This document shows positions 1-13,494 of a stretch of 64,000 nt of DNA, one piece after another (the first letter of the stretch is position 1; the number at the start of each line of letters is the position of its first letter). The translations under genes were made by a program, and so were the position numbers. Location of the stretch: assembly GCA_000004695.1 (NCBI GenBank), contig CM000154.2, positions 3,008,001 through 3,072,000 on the forward strand. Direction: 5' to 3'. This DNA comes from Dictyostelium discoideum. Its lineage: Eukaryota. A model generated the notes under the pieces. The model was given only the letters and a program-made list of their open reading frames with translations, made no database searches and was not told where the DNA came from.

Positions 1-594
1 TTATTACAATTTAATTTTATATTTTATTGGAATATCCCTACTATAATAAAACTTAAAGTCTTTTGAAACTTTCATTCTTTTTTTTTTTTTTATCCCAATA
101 TATATAATATCCCAATATAGATAATATCCAATAATAACCTTTGAAAATTAAAATTTTTTTTTTTTTTTTTATTTTTTATTTTTATTTTTTTATTTTTTTT
201 TTTTTTTTATTTTTTATTTTTTTCAAAATATTTTTTTTTATTTTTTATTTTTTTTTTTTATTTTAGTGTTTTACCTCATTCGGTAGATAACAGAAATTTA
301 TCTAACACTTTTTATTAGAAATGGAGAGTGGAAGATAAAAAAAATAATAAAAAAAAAAAATCAAAAATATTAGTTCTAGCTTTTTTTATATAAATATTAA
401 TTTTAGGTGTTGAATCATTAATCAAACGTTATTGTTAAATGTTTAAAAATAAATGTTAATTTTGATCATAAAAAAAAAAAAAAAAAAATTAATTAAATTA
501 TTTTTGTTTAAGGGGTTATTATTATTTTTTATTTTTTAATTATCAAAGTAATTGTATTATATATAAAATCTATTTTTTTTTTTTTTAGACTTCG

Positions 595-2724
595 TTAGCA
601 CTTTTTTAAAATATTGGATTTTGAAATTAGGTCAAACCAAGAATATGAAATTTCATCATCACCTTGAGAATGATTATTTACAATATGATTAATTCTATCT
701 AAATGATTAAATATATACAGAGGTAGTGGATTATCATTTTCTTTTTTAACCAATATATTTAAATAATTAATAATTGAATGATAGGAACAAAATTCACTAA
801 ATTTTTTAAATGATTCTTTATCCATTATTTTAAATGAAAATTCATAAACTTCTTCAGATAAATAATATACTCTACCATTAATAATTTCAATTGTTGTTTC
901 ATCACAACATTTCTTATTTTTATTATTATTATTATTTTTTTTATTTTTATTATTATTAGAATGATAAAAATCTAATTCATTTGGGAATGAACCAATTACT
1001 AATGTTGAATTATTTTCAAATAATAATGATTGAATATAATTTAATTCTTTGAAAAATAAATCTAATCTTTTAATTTCCAATAAAAATTTTAAATTATAAT
1101 TTAATGAAAAACCAAGGAAATCATAATTAGTTGAAATGAATTCTTTATGATTAAATGATGGTGAATGAGATAGATGATGAATTAATTTCTCTAATATGTT
1201 ATCAAATGATTGATTAAATATAAAATTAAATGTGAAAACATTCTCATTTAAATATTGTTTGATATCATATTTATTAGTTTTAAAATTACCTCTATCTATA
1301 TTATAAATAATTTTATCATAATCTTGAAAATATTGAATTCCATTCTCAAATGTACCAATTAATGAATCTTCTAAATATGGATTTTCCATAACATATTTAA
1401 TAAACACCATTGATCTCTTTGAAAGATAATATATAATATGAAATAGTGAATTTGGTATTTCAATTGACGATGTTACAATTAAATTATAAATTTTACAAAT
1501 GATTTCTTTAGTTGTTTCTTTAATTTGTATTAATTTCTTAAAAAATGAATTAATTAAATTTTTTAAAGAGTTTAAATATTTAATTTTTTTATTTTCAATA
1601 GTATCATCAATTTCACCATCACCATCACTATCACTATAATTACCAGAATTAGTGTTGGCGTTATAATTGTCTTCAGTTTTTTGAATAATTTTAAAATGAT
1701 TAATTAAAATTTCAATTATATTTATTAAATCATTTAAAGATTCTTCTGTACTTGTTGATCTATAAAATTCTATATCATCATTAAAATTATTAATGAAATA
1801 ATTATCTAATTCTGAATTATTTGAGTAAACATAACCTTTTTCAATTAAATTATAATTATTTAAAATGAAATCAAGTGTTTTTGGTAAATAATTCTTAATC
1901 GAATAATTGAATAATTGAATAATATTGATTGATTTATCAAGTTTTTTAAAATTGAATGAAACTTTCGATAAATCAAAATTTGGATAATCAATTTCAATAA
2001 TCAATTTCATTATTTCATTAATAAATTTAGATGGGAACTTTTTAATATTTTTAAATAAATATTTAACTAAATTATTTATATCTTGAGTGAAAGTTTCACC
2101 ACCACTACTATTTTCAAATTTAATTTCTTGTTGATGTTTTTTTAAATTTGTTATTGTTGGAACTTGAAAATCAATAATATTTGTAATTATATAATCTAAT
2201 GTTATTATATCACATTTTTCAATTGCTTTAATGAATGGATAAATAAAAATGATTGATTTTTCAATTTTATAATTTTCAAAAAATGAAAAATTAAAACAAC
2301 AATCTTTTTTAGTTGATTCAAATTTACTATTTGCATAAATTGATAATTCTAAAGTTTCATAATTAAAAATTGATTTAATTTTATATTGTTCAACTTTTTT
2401 AATTATCTCTTGATAGGTACCTTTTAAATTTGAATTTAAAACAATAAAATCAATTGTTGATTTATCATTTGCCATTATTTCAAATTTACCATCCCAATTT
2501 AAAATTTTATTTAAAATTGGATTCCAACCATTTGGTATTGATTTAATAAACCTTTTTAAAGAAATTTCTGAAATTGATTTAACTAATTCATTAAATTCCT
2601 CTTCATTTCTAGAATTATTAATTAATTCACAAATAATTTTATCAAATTCTTTATTTATAAATATTAATTGTGATGTATATAAATTAATGAATTTATAAAT
2701 TTTTTCCATTCCATAGTTATTATT

Positions 2725-2795
<71 letters not shown>

Positions 2796-3873
2796 GAATA
2801 GTTTTAATATCAGCCATTGGGAAATTTAAATTTTTATTCCAATTACTAAAATCTCTATTTGTTGATTTTGTTTTAAATTCTGTTAATAACCATTGAAATG
2901 TTGATATATTAAAAGTTGATAAACTAAATTGGTAAACTAATAGTCCATTTAATCCATTATCAATTATTTCACCATATTTTAAAAGATAGTTTTTATAAGC
3001 TAAAAAGTTTTTATGTTCGTTTAATAATTCTATTGAATAAAGTTTAAAAATTGTTTTAATTTTATCATTGGAAGTAGTATTTTCACATTGTAATATTTCT
3101 TTAAACTCTTTTGAATTTGAATTGGTTTCACCTGAAATTGTATAATAATAATTGATATTTAATAATTTAATTGATAATTCACTTGAATTTAAAGAAAGAA
3201 TATCAATTAAATCAATCTTTGCAATTTTATCACTACTACTTCTAGTTAAACCTATTGGTTTAATTGAGTATGTTTTTTCATTATCTAATATTAATTTTAT
3301 CATTTGTTCTTTATATTTTTCATTTGAGAATGCGAGTTTAATAGAATTGAATTTTATTTTATTTGAAATTTTTAAATTGGGTGAATTAATTAATAATTTT
3401 ACAATTTCAAATGATGAATTTGATATTGCCCATTCCAAAGTTTTCTCTCCAATATTGAATGAATTTGAATTAATTAGTTTTTCAATTATTTCAATTTGTT
3501 GTTCTTTATTTTTTGAAATTATTAAAAATAAAAAATCAAAATCAATTATTGATTTAATTTCAATACTCTTTTTTTCAATTAATAATAATATTAATTCCTT
3601 TTTTAATTCTTTATCTTTAATTAAAAGTAAAAGAGATATTGAGTATTTTGAAATCTCTAAATTTTCATTTAATTTTAATTTATATTTCAATAGTTGATAA
3701 TGTTTATTGACCAATATCCATTCTAATGAATTAACATCTTTAAATCTCTTTTTATTTTCTATATGAATTTGAGAGTATTCATTATATTCTTCCCATTCAA
3801 TATTTTTTATATAATTTAATATTTTATAAAATAAAACTTTGTTACGTATAATCTTCCAAAATAATATTTCCAT
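595..3873 (-). CDS. Large Asn/Ile/Lys-rich hypothetical protein (1092 aa), member of a lineage-specific paralogous family (tandem paralogue of 5032..8634)
   Basis: Uninterrupted 3.3 kb ORF with an ATG start (cat at 3871-3873 on +). Codon-level poly-Asn tract, AT-biased codons. The N-terminus ('ILFWKIIRNKVLFYKIL') and C-terminal block ('LIHHLSHSPSFNHKEF...LLEIKRLDLFFKELNYIQSLL') align with 'IFWKVIHNVYLLKLIL' and 'LIHEVSHLPYFNDKMV...LLEIKRVDLFFNELNYIQKLL' of the downstream paralogue. No known domain recognised. Confidence 0.7.
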
Positions 3874-4970
3874 TTCGGTCAGTCAATTTAAAATAAAAAT
3901 AAAAAAAAAAAAAAAATAATTTATAAAAAAAAATAAAAAAGTGATGGTTTTTTTTTTGTAAAAAAGACAAGAAAAAAAAAAGAAAATGTAAAAGTATTTT
4001 TTTTTTTTAATTTTTTTATTTTTATATTTATCAATTATCTTTATCTTTTTTTTTTTTTTTGGTTAACAGTTTTTTTTATTTATTTTTATTTGGGGATAAC
4101 TGATTCAAATTATAGTATACTTTTTTTTTTTTTTTTTTTTTTACAATCACTCTCACCAAAACCACCACAACCACCACAACTACCACAACCACCAACAAAT
4201 GTCGCTGCTTCCTTATCTCGCCAAGTGGCGCTTTATCTTATAGTTTCATTACAGTAACTCAATTCAATTTCATTAACTTTAATTGTCTTCTTGATTCAAC
4301 CAAAACCGATAGAAGAACTGATATTCCTAAAGATAAATACAAAACAGTCAATACATAATCATATTGTATCAAGATGATCATCCCACCAGCACATTTTCAA
4401 CAAGTTATTCGATCTCAAGATTCTCCATTTTCAACAAGTTATTCGATCTCACTACCGCATCTATTATTAATGCCAACCTTGGTTTCATTTCACCTTTGAC
4501 TGTTGATAAACTTGCTTGGTTTGATCCATTTACCAACATCTCCCAACATTACCATGACAAATTTAGATTTACAAGGAAAACCAATCAACTGTTAAGGACT
4601 CAAATGGATTCCACCAATTTGTTAATGGTAACTATTGTATGAATGGAAATTATAGATTCGATAACAATCAAAACCAGCTCCAGTTACAAATCAATCCAAA
4701 CAGAAATCAATAGACCAATCTTGTTTAGTTCACAATCTCCTATAATACTCGCCAAGATAACAAAGAAAATCACCAAGTCAAAATGATAAAAAATAAGTGA
4801 TTTATCATTAGTTTTTATTATTAAATTTTAATAAAAACAATAACCGATCCGATAAAATTAAAAAATAACAAAAAACTAACAATAATAAAACTAATAAACA
4901 TTATTTAAATTTAAAAAATGTTAATACATATAAAATTTTAATTTTAATTTTAATTTAATTTTTTTAATTT

Positions 4971-5025
<55 letters not shown>

Positions 5026-5031
5026 CTAAAA

Positions 5032-7952
5032 TTACAAAAGCCAACTAATGAATCTAAAAGGATGGTGATTTTCTTTTGAGTTTAATTTTTGTGACAATTT
5101 TAATTTTAAAAATTGTATATTATCTTGATTTAAATAACCAAAATCATATAAATAATTTACAAAATTAAAATTAGAGGTTTTATATGCTTGATTTAATAAT
5201 TCATCATCAATTTGAAAATAATAATGGTTTGGAAAATTGTTTAAAACTAATTCTCTTAAGGGAATATTAAACTTTCCAGATTTATTCAATTTTTCTAAAA
5301 TTAAATCCATTAACTCACTATGATTATTATTACCAAAAAAAAAATTTGAATATTTAATTATTGTATTTTCGCTAATGTTTATATTAAAAACTTTATACCA
5401 AAAGTTTTTTAAATTATCATCATTTTGAGTATTAATTATTTGATTATTAATAATTTGATCGATTAGTTGTGAATGATCTAAAATTAAATCTAAAACACTT
5501 TTTGAAGATATTTCTGAATATTTAAAATTTTTAGTTTTACTTAAATAGTCTATAAATGAAAGATATGAATATGATTTTACAAATACAGAAAATGTATGAG
5601 TATCCATTAAAAACAATAAAGTTTTAAAAATAAATGGTGAAATAGGAAAATAAATAAAGTAACCATCATCTTTGATTAATTCATTATAAACATCCCTTTT
5701 AAAATAATTATTTTTTGTATTATTATTATTATTATTATTATTAATATCTTCTTGAATTTCATCTGGTATTTTTAAAAGTTTCGAGAAAGAAACTAATGGA
5801 ACTGTTTTATCTTTTAATAGTTTTTGAATGTAATTTAATTCATTAAAAAATAAATCTACTCTTTTAATTTCTAAAAGGTATTCTAAATTATAATTAAAAG
5901 TTTTAAAAAGGTAATTGTTTTCATGAATTACCATTTTATCATTGAAATAAGGTAAATGTGATACTTCATGAATTAATCTTTCTAAAACTATTGAAAATGG
6001 AGGTGGTTGAGCAAATTCATTTAAACTATTACTATTATTACCAAAAATGAATTCCCAAGTAAAGATATTTGATTTTAAATATTTTCCAATATCATAACCA
6101 TTATGATCATATATCTTTTCAGAATTATAATTTGGTATATTTTTTGATTTTAAAAGTTTTCCAATGAATGGTAATTTTATTAAGTATTGAATAAATTCTT
6201 GTGATTTTAATCCTAAATAATAAAAACTATGAAATAGAGAATGTTCTAAACTTATTGAATTATCTAATATTAATCTACGAATTTTTTCAACATCTTTAAA
6301 TTTTACATCATCAATTTTAATTAAACATCTAAATAAACGGTTAATTAATTTTTCTAAAATCTGATTATCTTTTGATGTCGTTGTCGTTGTTGTTGTTGAT
6401 GTTATTTTAAAGGATTTTATTAATGTTTCAATACATTCAATAACATGTTTTGGATTTTGACAAGTTGTTGGAACATAAACTTGATAATAATCATTATCAT
6501 TCATTTCTCCAGTTTCATAATAATAATCTTCATATATATATGAAAGAATTGAATTATTTGTAAATAATGAATCTAAATCTAATTTTGATAATGATGGTAA
6601 TAAAATCATTTGAAAATCATTTGAAAAACCATTCACTAGTTTAGTCATTAAAAGTGGTGATAATTCGTCAAATTTCTTTGAATATTGTTGAAATTGATCA
6701 TTAAATTTAATTTTAATTTTATCACTATTAAATTTAAAATCAAATAAAAACTTTTCAAATGTTTTTTCATTAAATGCTTTATAACCACTGTCATTTAAAT
6801 AATTTATTAATTTCTCTTGATTTTCAATTGTTGTGGTTTCATTTAAATTATTAAATGAATCTTTAAATTCTCTTTTATAGATTTTATAATAGCTATAATT
6901 TTCATCCGAATTTTGATTACTACTAAAAATCATATCATTTTCAAGTTTAAAACCCAATACATTTTCATCAATGAATTTTAATGTTTCAATATCATAATTA
7001 TTAATTGCATTGATATAAGTTTGATGATATAATAAACATTTGTAGAAATAACTATCACCATTTAAACTCTTTGGATAATATAGTATTGATGATTTGTCTG
7101 AAAATGCATCAATTGCATATTGTATTAATTCTAAACTTTCAAATTGAAATAATTCTCTAGTTGTAAAACTTCTTAATTTCTCTTTTAATAGGAATCCATT
7201 ACAATTCTCTAATATCCAATCAAACTTTTCTTTATTATTAATATAGATTTTTGAATAATTAAAACCCCAATTAGATAAATCAATTAAAACTTGATTCCAA
7301 CATTTTGGATATAAACTAATTGGTATTGAATTGATTTTACTATTTGGTGAAATTGAATTATAAACTCTTTCATATTCTTCACTTGTTTTTGATGATAATA
7401 AAAGTTGTTTAATTTCTTGATCAACATCTATATTTCTAAATGCAAGACATTCACTTTGTTTTGTATAGTATTCAATAAATTCATATGTAGATTCAAGTTC
7501 TCTTTTAATATTATTTTTTTTATTATCTAATGATATACTTTCAATTATTAGTTTTACTGTTAAGAAATTAAATGATGCTTTTTTATCTTTATCTGATGTT
7601 ACTGTTTTTGAGATTACCCATTTAAAAGTTTTTGGTTCAAAATTTAAAAAACTAAATTGAATTACAATCTCTAAATATTCAATATCTAAATCTTCAATTG
7701 GTTCAAAATATTTTAAAAGATAATTTTTATAATTATTTTTATCTTTTTTTACTAATATCTTAAAAACTTCTTTTATTTTATTTTCACTCTTATCATTTTT
7801 AATAATTTCTTTAATTTCATCATGATTTGAATTGTTGAAATAATTTAAATTTAATAATTGATTTATTATTTTTGAATCTTTTATAAATAGAAATTTATTT
7901 ATATCTGGAATTTTTTTTATTGATTGAAAGTTATTAAAATCATTATTATTAT

Positions 7953-7983
<31 letters not shown>

Positions 7984-8634
7984 ATTATAAAATTTATTTA
8001 ATAATAATCCAATAATTAATTCTTTATGATTATCATTATTATTATTACGAGTAAATGCTAAACTAATTGATCTATTCTTTAATTCTTCTGTTATTATTAA
8101 ATTATGTGAATTTACTAAAATATCTACCATTTGATAAGAACAATTTAAAATTACCCACTCTAAAACTGATGGGAAAATTTTAATTGAAAATGGTTCATTT
8201 AATAAAATTTCTACAGCATCATAATTTTCAACTCTTTTTTTATTATTTAAATCTTCAATTTCTAATGCTATTGATAATAAATCGAATTGAAGTAATTCTA
8301 ATTTCTTTTTTTCATATAATAAATTAAATATTTCTTTTATTTCATCTTCATTATTATTATTATTTAATCTGAATAATTTTTGAAATGAACTTTTTGATAG
8401 ATCAATATATTCATTTGCTTTTAATTTACATATTAATAGTTGGTATTGTTTCATTTTTAACATCAATTCCATTGATGTTAAATGTTTGAATTTAATTTGA
8501 CTACTTCTATTAATACCAACAACTTCAACCCTTTCTAATATTAATTTAAGTAAATATACATTATGTATAACTTTCCAAAATATTGGTTCATTATCGCTAT
8601 TAAATTTTTTAACTTTATTACAATTGTTTATCAT
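5032..8634 (-). CDS. Large hypothetical protein (1200 aa), tandem paralogue of 595..3873
   Basis: Uninterrupted 3.6 kb ORF with poly-Asn and poly-Thr tracts. Shares N-terminal and C-terminal conserved blocks with the 1092-aa neighbour (see that feature). Same strand, about 1.1 kb apart. Confidence 0.7.
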
Positions 8635-8816
8635 TTTCTTTAATGTTAAATGAAAAAAAAAAAAAAAAAAAAAAAAAAATTATAGTGTAATAAAAAAAAA
8701 AAAAAATATCTTTTGATCTTAAAAATTCAAAAAATAAAGAAAAAAATCAGAAAATTTTCAAAAGATATTTTTTTTTATTTTTTTATTTTTTTTATTTTTT
8801 TTTTTTTTCAAATTAA

Positions 8817-10382
8817 TTATTTTTTTCCAATATAATAATTATTATAGTCATTTAATATAATATTTCTTGAATTTGAATTTGAAAAAGGACCAATCATTCT
8901 GTAAAAAGAAGGATGAAATAATAGATTCCAATTTATATTATAAAATAAAGAATCATTTTCTTTTAATTTGTTAAAATCTGGAAGTGCACCAATTTCTTTA
9001 GCAAGATCATCACAAAAATAAACTCTATTTGGTAAAGCAAATTGTGGTCTACTATGTTTTTCATTTCTCTCTCTAATAATTTCAACATTTTTTATTTCTT
9101 CGAGCATTATTTCTTTAGTTGGTAATTTTGAAATACCAGCGAATCCATAAATTGCAAAACGTGCTTGACATTCCATTTCAGAAAAAACTGGTGTTCTATA
9201 CATTCCAATGAATGCCATATTATCTAAATGTGGTGATAGTGTATGTTTATATAAAAGTATTGGTAAATGAGGTACTGATAAATTCATTGAAATCTTTTTT
9301 TTAATTTCATTGTCAAAAAACGGTAAATCAATATCATAACCAACGCAAGTAATTATATCATCAACATTATCAATTATTTCAATATTTCCATTTGAATCTT
9401 TAAAAATCATTTCATTACCATTACAATCAATTAAAGTATTTTCAACCACCTTTATTTTATCAAGTTCTAAACATTTAAAAAAGGTGTCTGAAAATATATA
9501 ATAATGAGATTGATTTTCAGGTTTTTTATATTTAAATAAATTATTTTCTCTTTGATTCTCTGACGCTAAATTGAAATAAGAATCCGTCATTTTATTGATT
9601 TCTTCAATTGTTTTTTTACTTTCATAAATCATTGATCTTTTTTGGAAACAATAATCTACATGTGGTATATTTTCTTTATCTATTGGGTATCTTCTTTTAA
9701 ATATATAAACTGAATCTCTACAATTTAAATAAACCATTTTTGCTTTTTCAGCAACTGCTGATGAAATTTCAATTCCACTTGAAAATCCACCCACAACTAA
9801 AACTCTTTTATCAATAAAGGCATTTGGATCTTTAAATTCATCAGATGACCAAACTTTACCATTAAATTTATTTATTAATTTATCTTTGATATCAATATCC
9901 CTTTTTTTACTAAACATTCCAGTACAAATTATTACATAATCATAAATTTCTTCATGAATTTCTGATTTTTCTTTAATTTTATTTGATTTTATTAACCATT
10001 GGTTTTGGTCATTTTCACAAACTTCTGATATACTAATAACGTTTGTATTTAATCTTGTTTTTTCTAAAACTTTGAAATGTTTTGAATAATCATAAAGATA
10101 TTTAAACATTTGCTGTTTAGTTGGATGAAATGGTTTTTCATTTTCTTCTTCCCATATAAAATCTGAATAACTCATTGAAACATAAGAAATATGAGTTTTC
10201 ATATTATCCCATGCTTTACCACTTTCACCAATTGACCAAACTCCACCAATATTATCATTCTTTTCAAATAATACTACATCAAATCCACATTCTAATGCTG
10301 TTTTTGCACTAACAATACCACTTGGTCCAGCACCAATAACTGCAACTTTTTTATTTCTTTTTATTTCAATATTTTCATTCAT
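8817..10382 (-). CDS. Flavin-containing monooxygenase (FMO)-like FAD/NADPH oxidoreductase (521 aa)
   Basis: N-terminal 'KVAVIGAGPSGIVSA' FAD-binding GxGxxG, 'NIGGVW' FMO-type motif and a second dinucleotide fold 'VLVVGGFSSGIEIS'. The overall length and order are typical of FMO/Baeyer-Villiger-type monooxygenases. Confidence 0.7.
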   Translation of the reverse strand: MNENIEIKRNKKVAVIGAGPSGIVSAKTALECGFDVVLFEKNDNIGGVWSIGESGKAWDNMKTHISYVSMSYSDFIWEEENEKPFHPTKQQMFKYLYDYSKHFKVLEKTRLNTNVISISEVCENDQNQWLIKSNKIKEKSEIHEEIYDYVIICTGMFSKKRDIDIKDKLINKFNGKVWSSDEFKDPNAFIDKRVLVVGGFSSGIEISSAVAEKAKMVYLNCRDSVYIFKRRYPIDKENIPHVDYCFQKRSMIYESKKTIEEINKMTDSYFNLASENQRENNLFKYKKPENQSHYYIFSDTFFKCLELDKIKVVENTLIDCNGNEMIFKDSNGNIEIIDNVDDIITCVGYDIDLPFFDNEIKKKISMNLSVPHLPILLYKHTLSPHLDNMAFIGMYRTPVFSEMECQARFAIYGFAGISKLPTKEIMLEEIKNVEIIRERNEKHSRPQFALPNRVYFCDDLAKEIGALPDFNKLKENDSLFYNINWNLLFHPSFYRMIGPFSNSNSRNIILNDYNNYYIGKK

Positions 10383-10844
10383 TGTTTTTATAATTATTAT
10401 TATTTATTTATTATTACAAATAATTAAAATAAATAAATAAATTAATTTAAAAAAAAAAAAAAATAAAAAAAAAAAAAATAAAAAAAAAAAAAAAAACAAA
10501 AGGAGATTAATTATTAAAATAAATAAATAAAAATAAAAAAAAGAAAAAGGAGTTTAATAATTTAACACACCATTACAAATAATTATTATTTAAATTTTAT
10601 TATTTTAGATTAATTTCTGATTATTACCCCCTTCTTCATCAAACACCAAAATGTTGGGTGGTTGAATTTATTTTTTTAAAAAAAAAAAAAAAAAAAAAAC
10701 TTAGATATCAGATTAACATCTAATATCCAATATCTAATATCTTTTCAAGTATATATTAAATTACTATTTAAATATTTCATTAAAGAATTTGCTTTTTTTG
10801 TTAATTTTATTTAAATAATGAAAAAAAAAAAAAAAAAAAAACTG

Positions 10845-11348
10845 CTATATAATATCATCAATTTTTAAAAATGTTGTTGTAATTTTATAATTCTTTTTTG
10901 GACCCAAAACTGAATAAATTAAATTAAATTCTTTTGGTGATATTAATTGATAAATTGCATCGTATGTATCATTCCCACAAAGATGATGACCTTTTGCTAA
11001 TGAAGAGTTATTGAAATCTAATGTCTGAAATAATCGTTCTGGTTTCTCATCAAAATAAACTGAAATTATATCATCCTTTAATCTATAGATATACCTTTGA
11101 CTAATATTAAATGTTGTATTATCTGGTTGTTTTAATATTCCCTCCTCTTGATATTGATATGAAAATTCGTCATTATCTAATTGTTTAAATGATGCTATAC
11201 CTGAAACTATTGATATATCATTACTATTATTATTATTTTTATCAATTGTTGAAAATGTAAATTGTTGTGATACATCTATTACTGATTTATGAACAATTTT
11301 TCTATTAAAACTCCATTTTCCTGCAAATGATTGAAATACTTTGAGCAT
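10845..11348 (-). CDS. Small hypothetical protein (167 aa)
   Basis: Clean ORF with an ATG start and typical codon usage, flanked by AT-rich intergenic DNA. No domain recognised from sequence. Confidence 0.45.
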   Translation of the reverse strand: MLKVFQSFAGKWSFNRKIVHKSVIDVSQQFTFSTIDKNNNNSNDISIVSGIASFKQLDNDEFSYQYQEEGILKQPDNTTFNISQRYIYRLKDDIISVYFDEKPERLFQTLDFNNSSLAKGHHLCGNDTYDAIYQLISPKEFNLIYSVLGPKKNYKITTTFLKIDDII

Positions 11349-11825
11349 TTAAAAATATTATTTATTTTATAAAAAATAAAAAAAAAAAAATTGAAAAGTG
11401 AAAAAAAAAAAAAAAAAAAAAATTGTTTTGATTAATTTTTAAAATCTAACATATCTGGTTAGCTGAAGGTGTTGGATTATTTCTAAAAAATAAATATTTT
11501 TCATTTTTTTTTTTTTTAGTATAATAATAATAATTCATTATAAAAATTAAAACTTTTAAATTTCAATTTTTTATTATGTCCACTCATTTATCTTTTTTTT
11601 AAAAAAAATAATTAAAATAATAAATGAAAATATGAAATTTATAAAACACAAAAAAAAAAAAAATAAACCAATTCAAACAATATTAAAAAATAAAAAACAT
11701 AATCCTATATCAAAGTATTAAAAAAAAAAAAAAAAAGAAAATTCAAAAATTATTATTATTTAAAAAATAAAACAAATAAATAAAATTATCTATTATTTTT
11801 TTTTTTTTTTATTTTTTTTTTATTT

Positions 11826-12149
11826 TTAACTTTGTGGTGGTACTGGCTCTAAAACTTTAATTAATAAGTCCAATAGGTCAGATCTTGTTACCATTCCAAT
11901 TAAACGACCTTTTTTATCTAATACGGGTAATCCTCCTACATTTGTAACTCTCATTAATTTTGCTGCCTCTACAACTGGAGAAAAATCTTCGATAGTAACT
12001 GGATTTTGTTTCATAATAGAAGAAACTTTGTGAAGTCTTAATTTTTCCAATCTATCTTCATTATTCTCTGGAAGAAATGGTGAATCAGTTGCTAATCTTA
12101 AATCTCTATCTGTGATAATTCCTTTTAGATTACCTAAATAAATTAAAAA

Positions 12150-12196
<47 letters not shown>

Positions 12197-12394
12197 AGTT
12201 TTCTTTTTTAAAAGTATAAAGTTTATACTTTTTTTATAATTAATAAAATAATTACCGTCATTGTCAACTACTGGTAATCTATGAATTGAATTGGCATTTA
12301 AACTTTTTAAGGCAACATCTAAAGTTGTATCTAAATTAATAGTAAATAATGATTTACTCATTAATTGTTTAACTTTTAAATTGGATTGGTTCAT
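11826..12394 (-). CDS. Two-CBS-domain protein, 2 exons: join(12394..12256, 12133..11826), about 149 aa
   Basis: Exon 1 'MNQSNLKVKQLMSKSLFTINLDTTLDVALKSLNANSIHRLPVVDNDG' is the first CBS motif. It is followed by GTAATT, and a 122-nt AT-rich intron (12134..12255) ends in TTTATTTAG. Exon 2 '...GNLKGIITDRDLRLATDSPF...PVTIEDFSPVVEAAKLMRVTNVGGLPVLDKKGRLIGMVTRSDLLDLL' is the second CBS motif. The track split this into two ORFs (12143..12394 and 11826..12050). Confidence 0.6.
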
Positions 12395-12453
12395 TTTTTA
12401 TAAAGAAATTAAATATATGTTAATGTTTTATTATTTTAAAAGAAAAAAAGAAA

Positions 12454-12485
<32 letters not shown>

Positions 12486-13099
12486 AACTTACCAAGAACT
12501 TTCATAGTAATTATTTATTTTTATTTTCAAAACAAAAAAAAAATAAATTAAAAAAAAAAAAAAAAAATTAATAAAAAAAAATAAAAAATAAAAAGTAAAT
12601 AAAAAATAAATTAAAAATAAATAAAAAATAAATAAAAAATAAATAAAAAATAAAAAATTTAAAAAAAATAATTAAAAAAAAAAAAAAAACAATAAAAAAT
12701 TTAAAAAAAAGGGGTGAAGATCACCGATTAGGAAATTTATTAATAAATAATAAATTTCATTTAATGTGTTTAAAATATTCATTGTATTTTATAATGATCA
12801 ATTATCTTTTTTGCAATTTAAAAAAAATAAAAATAAAAATAAAAAAAAAAAAAAAAAGATAGGGACAAAAATAAAAAAAACAATAATTAAAAAAAGATAA
12901 ATACTGCTCTATTTTATTTCTAATGTTTAAAAAAAAAAAAAAATTAAAAAATAATTGGATACAGATAAGAAAATAATTAAAATAATGGTGTTCTAATTTT
13001 ATATTTATTTTTATTGTTATTATTTTATTTGTTTTATTATTATTGTTATTATATTATTTTTTTTTTTATTTTATTTTTTGTAATTTTTTAAAATTACAT

Positions 13100-13460
13100 T
13101 TAGAAATCATCTAATTCAATCTTTAAATCTACTTCTATTGGTCTAACTTTAGTATTATTTGAACTACCACCACCATAAAAAGATTTAGAATTACCACTAC
13201 CACCACTGTAAACACTCTTTGGCATTGAGAGTGCAAACTTATCATTATTCTCTGGATCATCTCTTGTATCTAAATAGGCAATTATATCACCATCCTTTAA
13301 TAGATATGGCTTACCTCTTAATTCTAAAACTGTTGAATTTTCTTTCTTTTTATTTGAAGGTGGAGGTGGTGGAGGTGCTGGTATTGATTTATTATCTATT
13401 TGTTCAGTTTCAACTATTGATACAGATGATGATGATGTTGTTGAGTTTATTGTTGTTGTT

Positions 13461-13494
<34 letters not shown>

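Noticed and set aside
3152-3697. 181-aa + strand ORF inside the 1092-aa gene
   Set aside because: Antisense to a well-supported long CDS. Ile/Leu/Phe-rich translation typical of the reverse strand of AT-rich coding DNA. Non-ATG context. No independent signals.
4364-4642. 92-aa + strand ORF in the GC-enriched intergenic island
   Set aside because: No ATG (the track start corresponds to ATT). The first real ATG gives only about 41 codons. Codon usage is unlike the local genes. Kept only as part of the non-coding island finding.
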